A stretch of 64,000 nucleotides of DNA from an uncultured Planctomycetaceae bacterium (GTDB taxonomy: Bacteria > Planctomycetota > Phycisphaerae > SM23-33), in NCBI GenBank assembly GCA_964385465.1, contig CAYLPJ010000003.1, positions 148,626-212,625 on the forward strand. Reading direction: 5' to 3'. Made by a program: the position numbers and the translations under genes. The notes below the pieces were generated by a model. The model worked only from the letters and a program-made list of their open reading frames with translations, ran no database searches and was not told the DNA's origin. The number at the start of each line of letters is the position of its first letter. The stretch's first letter is position 1. Shown in pieces: positions 43,901-55,900 of this stretch.

Positions 43901-46900
43901 CGGCGCCGTGCCAGGCGCCATCAGCGGCGGCAGCTATTACGACCTGGACGGCAACCCCTACGACCCGGCGGACTTCGCCGACGACCCGGTCACCACCGGC
44001 GGGATCGCCGACCCGCTGATCCGGATGAAGCTCAAGCACGGCAAGCTGCTGTTCACCAGCCAGTACGAGTTCCGCATCTTCGACGAATTCACCAACCCGG
44101 CCAACCCGACCCCGGCGCTCCAGCACCTCGAAAGCGCCAACGTCCAGCACCTCGGGCTCGACTCGGTCGCCGACGGCGACACGGCCGTGTCCAGCAGGCC
44201 CTTCAACATCCTCGCGCCCGCCGCCGGGTCGGAGGTGAGCTTCACCTCGACCGACGCCGGCGCGGAACTGTACATCGCCGGGGCGGTCAAGAGCGACCGC
44301 ATGATCCAGATGTCCGGCGGGCCGGAAGGGCTGGACCTCGACTGGTCCGGGCTGCTGGAGACCGTCGACGGGCCGATCGATCTGGACCTCGGCACCAGCG
44401 GGCACCTCAAGGGCGACCTGACCGCCGGCGGCGACGAGGGCGACGTGATCCTCGCCGCCGACGACACGCTGCTGATCAACGGCATCATCCGCGCCGACCG
44501 TGACATCGACCTCTCGGCCGGGCACGCGCTGGGCGGGTCGGCTTCCACCGACAGCATCACCATCGACAAGACCGCCTGGCTGGTGACGACCGGCCCCCCG
44601 GACCTGGATCAGCAGGTCACGGTGGACGGCTACAAGCGGGTGGTGGTCGACGGGCCGATCGGCTCGCAGCAGCTCGACGAGCCGCGGATGCTCGGCGACA
44701 TTCACGTCGTCAGCCAGACGCACGACGTGGTGATGACTGCCGAGTCCGGCTGGCTGGAGACGGACGGGCGGATCGTCGTCGAGGGCGACACGGTGGATGT
44801 CGCCGGCGTGATCAAGAACGGCGACACCTCGGCCCCCGCGCCCGCAGACCCGAGCAACCCGCTTGCCGAGAACTTCGAAGTCGTCCTCGACGCGGACACC
44901 GTCGTGCTGCTGACCGGCGACGTGGACGCCCTCGGCTCGGTACTGATCGACTCCCCGAACGCGATCCAGATCGCCGGGTCCGTCGAGGCCGGCGGGATCG
45001 AGACGTTCGAGTTCATCACCGAAGACCGCGACTTCCTCACCGCCGCCGACGAGCAGGTCCGCGTGCTCGCGCCGGGCATCACCGTCGGCGGGGTGACCGC
45101 AACGGTCGAGGCCGGCCAGGACTGGCCCGATACCGACGACGACAGCAACCCCGACCTGACCGTCGGCGACAGCTACCCGCTGGGCGGCACCGTCGTCGGC
45201 TCGGGGCAGGTGCTCCTGCTGGCCGGCGCCGGCGGGATCGAGGTCGCCGCCGCCAGCGAGGTCCGCACGCGAAGCGACGACAGCGAGATTACCCTCCAGG
45301 GCGACTTCATCGATATCCTCGGCTCGCTCTACGCCGGGGCCGAGCGCGGCCGACAGGCCGTCGGCGAGGACCCCGAGGACCTCACCTGGCTGGGCGAGAG
45401 CGCGGGCATCACGCTGGACGCGGCCGAGATGGTCACCTTCGGCGGCGAGGACACGGCCACGGACCTGGACGTCTTCAACGGCTTGGCCGACACCGAAGGC
45501 GAGACGATCACGCGCGGCGGCTCGGCGCGAGCGACCGGGGACGTGGTGATCACTGCCGACGAATCCGGGGACCAGCTCGTGCATATCAACGGGCTCAGCG
45601 CCATCGTGACCGACGCCGAGGCGGTCGCCTCGCCGAGCCCGGGCGCGGCCAGCTCGGTGGACATCACCGCCGGCGACGGCGTGCAGGTCCACGGCGTCAT
45701 CCAGGGCCTCGACCCCGACAGCGACGTGACCATCGTCTCCGGAACGGGCCTGCTGCTTGTGGACGGTTTTGTCGAGGGCGGGCGGGACGTCACACTCACC
45801 GGCGCGACGGCCGGCGACCTCAGCGTGCTGGTCACCAAGCTGCTCTACGAGACCAAGACCGAGACGGTGCCCACCAGCGACGGCGGCAGCGGCGAGTTCA
45901 ACCTGGACATGAACGGCGACCACGTCGACGACTACGGCTTCCTGCTGGAGGTCAACGGCTCCGACGAGATCGTCGTCGACGGCAGCGGCCAGCCCGTCCG
46001 CGTGACCGAAGGCGGCGTCGAGCAGCTCGGCGAGGGCATCGTCTATCTCGTCGAGGACGAAATGGGCGATCCCGTCACCGTGGACAAGGAGGGCCACGAG
46101 CTTACCGAGCACGCCGGCCGGTACTTCCTCGTAGACGAGGCCGGGCAGTTCCTCGACGACCAGGGGCGCGTGATCAACGAGGACGGCCAGCTCCTCGATG
46201 CGATGGGCCGCCCGGTCAACGAGGCCGGCTACCTGATCGACGCCAACGGCAACCTCATCGACGAGTTCGGCGACGCCATCACCATCTACGGCGACCGCGT
46301 CAACGCCGACGGGCTGCTGCTGGACGTCAGCGACAACCTGATCAGCCCCGATGGCTGGCGGATCAACGCATCCGGTGAGTTGGTCAACGCCGGCGGCATG
46401 CCGCTGAACGGCGTGGGCGAGATCCGCACCGTCGTCGAGATCGACGGGACGGACTACCTCGCCGACGAATACGGCAACCTCGTGGACGACGAGGGCAACC
46501 TCATCGACGAGGACGGCTACCTCATCAACGAGCGCGGCGAACGGATCACCGCCGACGGCCGACCGCTGACGCACCTCGACGATCCCGTCGAAGGCAGCGA
46601 CCGCGTCGAGAACCCGCCGACGCCGGAGGCTCCCGTCGCCGGCGACGACCGCAAGACCGGCGGGAGCATCCAGGAGGGCGACGCCCTCAAGTCCACCACC
46701 GGCTTCGTCATGGTCGACCTGCCCCAGCGCCGCGGCGGGGGCGTGGTCAACGGCACGGGGCCGGCCTCGACGGTTACCATCACCGGCGACCACGACGTGG
46801 AGATCCACGGCATGGTCGGGCAGGTGTACCTCGACGAGGGCACCGCCGCCCCGGCCGTGGACACGGTCGAGGTGACCATCACGTCGTCCGAGGACGTCAC

Positions 46901-49900
46901 CATCCTCACCGACGCGCTCGTCAACGCCCGGGACGGCGTCGAGGTCAGCGGGGAGAACGTCTGGGCGCTGGACGAGAGCGTCACGATCACCCGGGCGGAC
47001 CACTCCCGCACGGCGTTGACGGCGACCGGCACGCTGCCGGACGGTGGGACGATCCACGTCGCCCGCAGCCAGATCTACTTCTTCCGCGCGTTGGTGGCCT
47101 CGGCGGGCGAGGTGGAGCTGACGGGCAAGGAAATCAGCGTGTACGGCACGGTGGAGGTCGAGGGCAGCGAGCGCAACGGCGACGGCGACCCGGCGCGGGC
47201 ACGTCTCCAGGCCGACCGCAACGTGGTCGTCCGCGGCGAGGTGCTCAGCGGGGCCGACATCGACATCGACGCCGGGCTGGTCGATCCGACCGGCTGCGTG
47301 GTGGTCTCCGCCGAGGGCAGGCTTGCGGCGGGCTATGGCACGGAGGCGGTCGGCGACATCATGCTTGACGCCGCCGGCGAGGTGACGCTGCTGAGCTACG
47401 ACGACGACGCCAACGACGACCTCCAGTTCGCCGCGCCGTACGTCACCTACGAGCCGGTGTTCGTGGACGTGGTGACCGGCTTCCGGCGCGTCGAGGACGG
47501 CTTCATCCAGCGCCCGGTCGTGCACTACATCCCGACGATCACGACCGAGCAGACCGGCTTCATCGACGTGAAGGTCGGCAGCGAGTTCGGCAGCGCCGAG
47601 GTCCGGCTGTTCCAGGACGGCTACTGGTCGGACACGGCCCCGGCGGACGAGCGGTTCCGCGAGTACTTCATTCCGGGCGTGGACTACGAGATCGACGACC
47701 TCGACTGGCCCGGCAAGGCCCCGGACGAGAACCCGGGCCTGTATCGCAAGGTGGCCCCCGGCGAGTACGAGCTGATGGACACCTCGACGTTTGACCTGAT
47801 CGGCGAGGTCACGAACTACGGCGGCCCGCCGATCGACCCGGGCACGACGTTCGCCCAGGGCGTGACGATCGACGGGGCGGTCAACGCCGTCCGCCAGGAC
47901 CGCACGCCCACCCTCGGCGGGCTCTTCTCGCCGGGCAGCACCACGGTCGGCGGCGGGGAGCTGCCTCTGCTGACCGGCCAGTTTGCCGGCGAGGAGTCGG
48001 TGAGCTACGCCGACGTGCTGACCACCATGGAGAGCGAGGTCTACCTGGTGATCGACGATGTCTTCGTCCAGCAGACCTACAAGCCGTGGGACGAGCTGAC
48101 CGCCACCGAGAAGGCCAACGCCATCCTGGATCACCTCGGCTACCGCAAGCTGTTCGACGTGCGGTTCCTCGAAGAATTCGAGAAGACCGTCTATATCACC
48201 AGCCCGAACGACCGGTTCGAACTGGAGCGCGACTCGGCCATCACGGACCGTTTCGACGGCAAGACGGTCAACGAGATGGTCGAGGAAGAGAACGCCACGC
48301 GGGTCAAGGGCGTCAACTTGAGCTTCGCCGACGGCGAGTCCGTGGTCGCCCTCGACGAGCTGGCGGCGCTGAATGCCGGCAACGGTGAGTTCGCATTCAC
48401 CGAGGCCTCGCCGGCCTTGGAAGGCGTGACCTTCCAGGACAGCGGTGGCGAGAAGAAGTTCGTCCCCGGCGTGGTCGTCGACGGCGTCTTCCGCGTCACG
48501 CCCTCCGACAACCTGGCTATCCGGCCGGACTGGTCCGTCACCACCGACAGCTACACGATCACCAAGAAGTACTTCGACTTCTGGTTCCCCGAGTTCATCC
48601 CCTTCGACCCGGCCGTGCATTACGACCCCGGCGAGCACGCCAGCGTCGAGGAAGCGGCCTACCGCCATTGGACGCCACCGTCGGAGATGGTGGACGAGGT
48701 GCTGGACGGCGTGCCCCCGGAGGACCACGAAGAGGCGCTGGAGGAGTTCAGCGAGCAGTTCTTCATCGCCGGGCGGGACTACGACGAGGAATACGCCAAC
48801 CCGGCCAAGGAGGACAGCGGCGACTACATTGCCAGCTTCTTCGAGCGGGAGGACACGATCCTCGCCGACGGCGACTGGGAGAAGGTGTACGGGACCGAGA
48901 CGTCGCTGGGGCGGATCAACCGCAACTTCGAGGGCATCCCGACGGTGCACCTGTGGGAGACGGACCTGACCGATCAGGACCGCGAGGTCTTCGAATACAC
49001 GCTGGACGACGGCACGGAAATCTTCCTGCGGGCGCCCGAGCAGTGGTGGAGCGAGTACGAGGTCACCGCCCTGGGCAACGACCGCGTGGACCCCGACGAC
49101 AAGAAGCTCCAGTATGTCGGCAACGTCGAGACGTACGACGAGGAGGTCGGGCAGATCCGCGAGGTCGCCCAACTGGAGTACATCCAGGAGTGGTCCTCGG
49201 CCGTGCCGCATAAGCCGAGCAACCCCGAGGAAGGCGACCTGTGGGTCGTGGATGACTACGACGACAGCCCGGGACGCTGGGTGGTCTACCTCCGCGACGA
49301 CCCGCACGAGGTCTGGCCCGACGGCGATCCGACGGCCTACGAGCAGTACAGCATCAACGACGGGCGGTCGGTCAGCGAGTTCGACCCGCCGTATGCCGAC
49401 ACCGTGTTCACCGGCTTCTACGGCCTGCTGGCCGACGCGGCGTTCGCGCCGCTGGCCGCCGGCGGGCTCGAGCTGACCGAGGCCTTCCTGCCGGAAGGCA
49501 CGGTCGCCAGCCTGGTCACCTACGACAACTCGGTGAAGCTCGATTACGACTTCGAGGACTGGGACACCGGCGAGCCGGGCACGGTGGACGACCAGGGCAG
49601 CGTCTCGGGCTTCACGGGCGACAACTGGGCCGAGGGCACGGACGCCAACGGGCGGCTCGTCTACGGGCAGATCAACGCCGGTGACGAGGAGGACGGCCTG
49701 GCCGTCGCGCAGACCAACATCAACCTCGAGCAGTTGAACGACGATCCGCGCACCGAGCACGACGTCGCCGAGATGCGCCGCTACGAGGGGCGCGACTACT
49801 ACCTGACCATCGGCCACTACGACTGGTACGAGGCCGGCAACGTGCGAAGCTGGCCGTGGCATCTGGCGGTCGTCAACGACGCCGCCGAGAACGCCCTTAT

Positions 49901-52900
49901 CCGGGACATGATCTCCGCCGCCGACACGTCCGCCTGGCTGGGCGGGTACGACCTCAACGGCGTCAGCCACAACTCATGGTCCATGGAGTGGGTCCACGGC
50001 TCGGGGATCAGCAACGGCTCGGGCTACAGCAACTTCCACCCCTCCGAGCCGAACAACGAGGGCCCGTACAACGACGAAGACCACCTCCAGATGTGGACCA
50101 GCGGCTACTGGAACGACCTCAACGCGGTCGAGGAGCTGCGGGCCGTGCTGGAACGCGAGCCGGACTGGGGCGACCCGTTCGACGGCGACGAGACCCAGCA
50201 CGACTTCATCTACAAGATGACCACCGACTGGCGGGCTATCGAGGACGTCCGCTCGGACATCACCTACCGCGCGTTCACCGAGGCCCACGACATCATCGAC
50301 AAGCGCCCGCGGTACGAGACCATCGAGTCCGAGGTCCCCGTCATCAAGATGGAGCAGGTGACCAACTGGACCTACGAACCGGTCGTCGAGCAGGTCCTCG
50401 ATTTCGCCAGCAGCGCCGTGCCCGCCGACGGGCCGGGAAGCCTGGCGATCTTCGACCGCCAGGCCCTCTCGGCCACGGGCGACATCACCATCAACGCCGG
50501 CTCCGACGTGCTGGTCCGCTCCAGCGTGGCCGCCGGCGAGACCGACGGGGCCATCTCCGTCAACTCCAGCGGCGGGGCGGTCACGGTCGGCACGGACATG
50601 CCCGCCGAGCCGAAGCTGTACGACATGATCCACCTGACCGCCGGAGAGGCGATCGACATCGACGCCGCGGGCGGCGCGGTCGAGATCGGCGCCACGGCCG
50701 AACTGCGGACCGAAACCGACGCCCCGGCGCCGCCGAACGGCAACAGCGGCGGCGAGCCGGTGCAGGATATCTCCGTGGACGCCTCCGATGCCGTCCGCAT
50801 CGACGGACAGGTCGCCGCTCGCGACAACGTCGCCGTCACCGCCGCGGCCGACGTGACCCTCACCAGCAGCCTCCAGGCCGTCAACCTCATCGCCGCCGAG
50901 GCCGGCAACGGCGGCGGGGCCGGCACGGTCTTCGTCCACGACCCCGACGCGCCGCTCGACGGCGAGTTCGACGAGGACGACCAGAGGCCGGCGATCGGCG
51001 GCTTCCTCACCGTCACCGGCACCGACGGCGAGATCCGCCTGACGGCCGGCGCCGCAGGTGGGGACATCTCCCTCATCGACGCCGAGTTGGAGGCCGACCT
51101 GATCACGCTGTCGGCCCCGGCAGGCGAAATCCTCCAGCCCGCGGCCGTCACGCCTCCGGGCGATGGGGACACGCCGACCACCGGCGGGCAGCTCCGGGCC
51201 GTGACACTCGACGCCGACGCCGGCGCGGGCATCACGCTGGAGAACCTCCACGTCGGCGAGGTCACCGCGGTCGTCACCGGACCCGGCGACGTCGTGCTGC
51301 ACGACACGGATCTGGCCGGCGTGGCCGGGGGCGCCGATCCCGCGACGGCCGGGCTGGACCTGGTCAACGTCCGCACGGCCGACGGGTCGATCGACGTGAC
51401 GGCCCTGGGCAGCGGCCTGGTGGCCACGGACGTCCGCAGCCTCGGCGGCGGGGACGAGGACGACGTGACGCTCAACGCCGAGATCGGCGCCGGGGGCTCG
51501 ACATCGCTGACGGTGCACCACGTCGAGGCTGCCGGGGATGCAGACGTCTTCCTGAACGTGCAGGGCCAGCTGATCCAGCCGGACGGCTCGGTGAGCGCCG
51601 ACGAGGTGACGGTCCAGGCCAACGGCGCGACGGAGATCCACACGCAGGCGTCGTCGATCGACATCGACCTGGCCGCGCCGGGCAGCCTGGTGATCGTCGG
51701 CGATTCGCCGACGCTGACGCTGGCGAACGTCCGCGTGCTCAACGGCGACTTGACGGTCATCAACGCCGGCGACATCGACGCGCAGAACGTCGAGCTGGTC
51801 ACCGATTGGAACACCTCGAAGGTCCCGCCGGAGGCGAACGTCATCCGCCTGGAGACCACCGAGGGCAGCGGCGGGACGATCACCGTCGGCAGCATCGTCG
51901 GGGGCACCTACGCCGCCAGCGAGGCCGAGGCCGACGCCATCCGCCTGGACATGCTCAACTCGATCCTGCGGAAGATCGATCCCGCCGGCATCCCCGCCGA
52001 GTTCCTCACCGACGGGACGGACGGGGAGGGCGACCCGATCCAGTTCGTCGAGCTGACGCAGCCCGAGGCGGACGACCTGGCGGCCATCGTCACCGACGAC
52101 TTCGCCGCCGATGGCGAGCTCATGGCCGCCGCCACGGCCTTTACGATGTACAGCCGTGTGCTCGACGTCCTGGGCGTGGCCTACGAGGGCACGTACGAGG
52201 AGACCGACGAGCAGGCCGTCGAGGACGAGGCGCGGTCGCTGTTTACGCTCAGCCGCGGGCTCAGCTCGGCCGGGCGCGTGGAACTGTACTCCGACGGCGC
52301 CATTACCAGCCCCGTGCCGCTGGCCCCGCTGGGTGCCGGGCCGATGCCGCCGTCCAACGGCGTGGGCATCGTGGCCGACACGCTCGTCGCAGTGGCCGGG
52401 TCCGACATCACCGGCCTGACCACGGCGGTCAATCGGATGGAGGAGGTCTGCTCGATCGGCGGGTCGGCCTCGGACGTCCGCGACGTCGACGGCATCGGCG
52501 AGCTCTCGCCCGGGGTGAAGGTCGACCTGGCCGAGGCCCTGGCCGGATCGCTGGCGATCACGGCACAGAACGCGCTGATCGTCACCTCGGTACGGACGCC
52601 GGCGTCCGACGCGCAGTTGTCGCTGACCAGCGAGCTCGGCGGGCTGTTCGTCGAGCGCAACGGCGGGGGCAACGCTTTGGAGTCCGGCGGCGGGATCAAG
52701 CTGGAGACCCTTGCGGCCGACCGGGACCTGACGGTCACCGGCCACGTCCAGGCCGGCGGCAAGCTGGAGTTGGCCACGCGGGGCACCGTCAGCTCGCTGG
52801 GCCAGGGCGTGGACCTCGACGTCGGCGACCTGTCGGTGGACTCCGACAGCTCGGTCGTGCTGTCCGGCGAGTTCAATACCCTGGGCGAGGTGGACGTCGT

Positions 52901-55900
52901 CAGCGACGGGAACATCGCCCTCAGCCAACTGGATGAGGCCTTCGAGGGCTTCCGCGTTTCCAACCAGCGGTTCTCGCTCCAGCAGCGAATGCTCCAGACG
53001 CTGGGCGACAACCTCGATGCACAGATTGACGCGCTCTCGACATACCAGGCCCTGATGGCCGCCGCGGCCAGCAGGGAGGCCGGCCAGGGCGACGTGCTGA
53101 GCACGCTCGAGGCCCAGCAGCTCCAGCACCTCGTGCGGATGCCGCTGGAGCTCCAGCATCAGCAGCTTCAGACGCAGCTCGCGGACCTCGGCAGCCTGCT
53201 GGAGGTCCAGGACCAGTTGCCGGATACGCTGGGCGAGATGGAGGGCTACGATCAGATCGTTCAGCAGCGCGACCAGGTGACCGACCAGCTTCAGAGCGCT
53301 CAGAGCACCCTTGGGCAGGTCCGGACGGACCTGCTGGAGATCATCGGCGATACCGACGACCTCGTCGCCGACCTGGAGGACGTGCAGACAACGATCGCCG
53401 ACCGTCAGGCCTATCGCGACGGGCTCGGCGGCGTGCTGAGCGACATCCAGGCGGAGATCAACAGCCGCCCGGACTACACCCCGCCGGCCCTGAACGGCGG
53501 CGAGGAAGGCGCGCCCGACCTCAGCCTCGACGCGCTGAACAGCGTGGACCTCGACGAGCTCAGCGACGAGCAACTCGGGCGGCTCCACCACGACGTCCAG
53601 GGCGTCGCCGACGAGGTGGACGGCGAGCTCCAGGACCTCGGCCAGCAGGTCGAGACGCTCCAGGACCAGATCCACGCCAACCAGGGCGACCTGGCGTTCG
53701 TCCGCGAGGACCTCTCGGCCGTGCGGGACACGGTGCAGGGCCTCGGCGGTCAGCTCGACGCCCTGGACGCTCAGATCGCCGCACACCAGGCCGCCCTGGC
53801 CGAGATCGAGACGATCATCGGCCTCAGCGATCCGGCGGCCATGGACCCGGCTGTTCGCGACCTGGACGACAACGCGGACGTGCTCAGCGACACGATCAAC
53901 AGCGGCGTCGACGCGCTGCGCGACCAGCGCCTGCTCGAGACCGTCAACGCCAGCCTGGCGGACGTCAACAGCCAGATTGCCCGCGTCAATGATGCGATCG
54001 ACGCCGTGGCCCCGCTGACGGACACGACCGACTTCGGCGTGCTGGACTCGGGTATCCGCGGGCTGACGGCCTACCAGGACGTGCTCAGCGGCGCCATCCT
54101 GGACGGCATCGCCGGCCTGCCGGACCGGACGTACTCCGAGCTTCAGGCGCAGGTCGCGGACGTCATGGCGGATATCCAGCAGGTCGACCAGGCCCTCGCG
54201 GCCCTGGAAGCCATCCAGGGCGCGTCGGGCTTCGCCGTTGTCGACCGCAACGTCCGCAGCCTCGCGAGCGTCCAGGACCTGCTGACGCCGACGTACCAGC
54301 AGATCGTCTCCGACGTGACCGCGCTGCCGACGTACTCCAACCTGCTCGAAGAGATCGGCACGATGCAGCAGCAGTTGGAGCAGGAGCGGCCACTTGACGA
54401 GGTCCAGGCCGATCTCCAGCAGGTGGGCAAGCAGCTCGACACCCTCGCTGCGGAGATCGCCCCGATCGAGCTCCAGTTGATCAAGCTCGCCTATCGCTAC
54501 CTCAGCCACCAGAAGCGCGACATCCTGCCGAGGGTGATGGCGTGGCACGACGAGATCGGCAACCGCCTGGGCGGGCGCGTCGGCAGCCCCGAAGACGTGG
54601 AGCCCGATCCCGAGGCGTTCCCCATCGACTGGGACTTCTACGATCTCGGCCGGATCCACGGCTTCGATGCCCATCTCGACCAGATGGACGACGAGCAGTT
54701 CGGCAAGTTCCTCGACGGGCTGGAGCCCGCGGAGCTGGCGGCTGTCCAGGACGTGCTGGCCACCCAGGCGAGCAAGTCCGAGGGCCTGGACAAGGAGCTT
54801 CAGGACCTCGACGCCGCCGGCGGCGCCGACCCGTTGGACCCCGAGCTGCCCCAGAACCGGTTCGACCTGCTGCCGCAGTGGGAGCAGTTGGACAAGCAGC
54901 GCGACGATCTCCTGCTCCAGCAGGCCGACCTCCAGGCAGAACACGACCGTATCGTCGCATTGCAGGACCAGTTGGATGCCCTGCAAGGCCGGCGTGACGA
55001 CCTCGAGGGCGCCCTCATCAGCGCCCAGGAGTTCGCCTTCAGCGAGGCCGACAACCTCCAGGGCATCCGCGGAGGTCTCCAGGAGCAGCTCAACGGTCTG
55101 AACACCGACCGGCGGAATCACGAGGGCCAGCTCAGCGACCTCCAGGGCGACCTGTCCCCCGAGTTGAGCCGTCTCTACGCCGAACGCGAGGACCTCACCG
55201 GCCAGCGGAACACGCTGGAAGCCGAGCAGGGAACCGTCACCGGCTACATCTTCGGGGTCGTGGAGTTCCTGCCCGGCGAGCAGAGCCGCCTGAACGAGGC
55301 CCTCGGCGGCATCCAGCAGCAGCGCGAGGCGGTCAACACGCAGTACCAGGACGCCTTGGCCGAAGAGAGCACGTTGGAGCAGCAGGAGACGCAACTGGTC
55401 GCCGAGCGGGACACGCTCCAGACGCAGGTCACGCAGATCGAGGAGGATATCTCCGGCTACCAAACCACGCTGGAGGACCTGGACGACCAGGAGGCCGCGC
55501 TTCAGACCGAGCTGGACGGCATCCTCCAGACGAAGCAGACCGAGCGCGTCGGCCTGCGGGACGACCTGGTCGGGGTCCAGCAGCTCCAGGCCGACTACGC
55601 TCTCGTCGCCCAGGATTTCCAGTCGCTCCAGCACGGGCTGAACCTCGGCGCGATGGCCGGGGAGTTCCGCGGCAACGTCCTCGATGACATGCAGCGGATG
55701 AGCCGGCTCCGCGCGGATCTCGAGCAGATGCGCCAGACGCAGGAGAGGCTGGAGTACGGGCTGCGGCGGACGCAGATGGGCGGCGACGGGCTGACCAGCA
55801 TCAGCATTCGCGCCCAGGGCTTCAGCGAGCAACTGCTCTCGGCCGGCGTGGAGCTGTCCCTGGCTCAGCCCGGGGACGACTCGGAGGACCCCGGCGACAA

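Noticed and set aside
49780-50140. Possibility that the C-type lectin domain marks a diversity-generating retroelement (DGR) variable protein
   Set aside because: No reverse transcriptase gene and no template/variable repeat pair is visible in the window. The CTLD here is the canonical long-form EPN/WND type, not the Mtd/TvpA-type variable-ligand fold. It is also internal to the protein rather than C-terminal.
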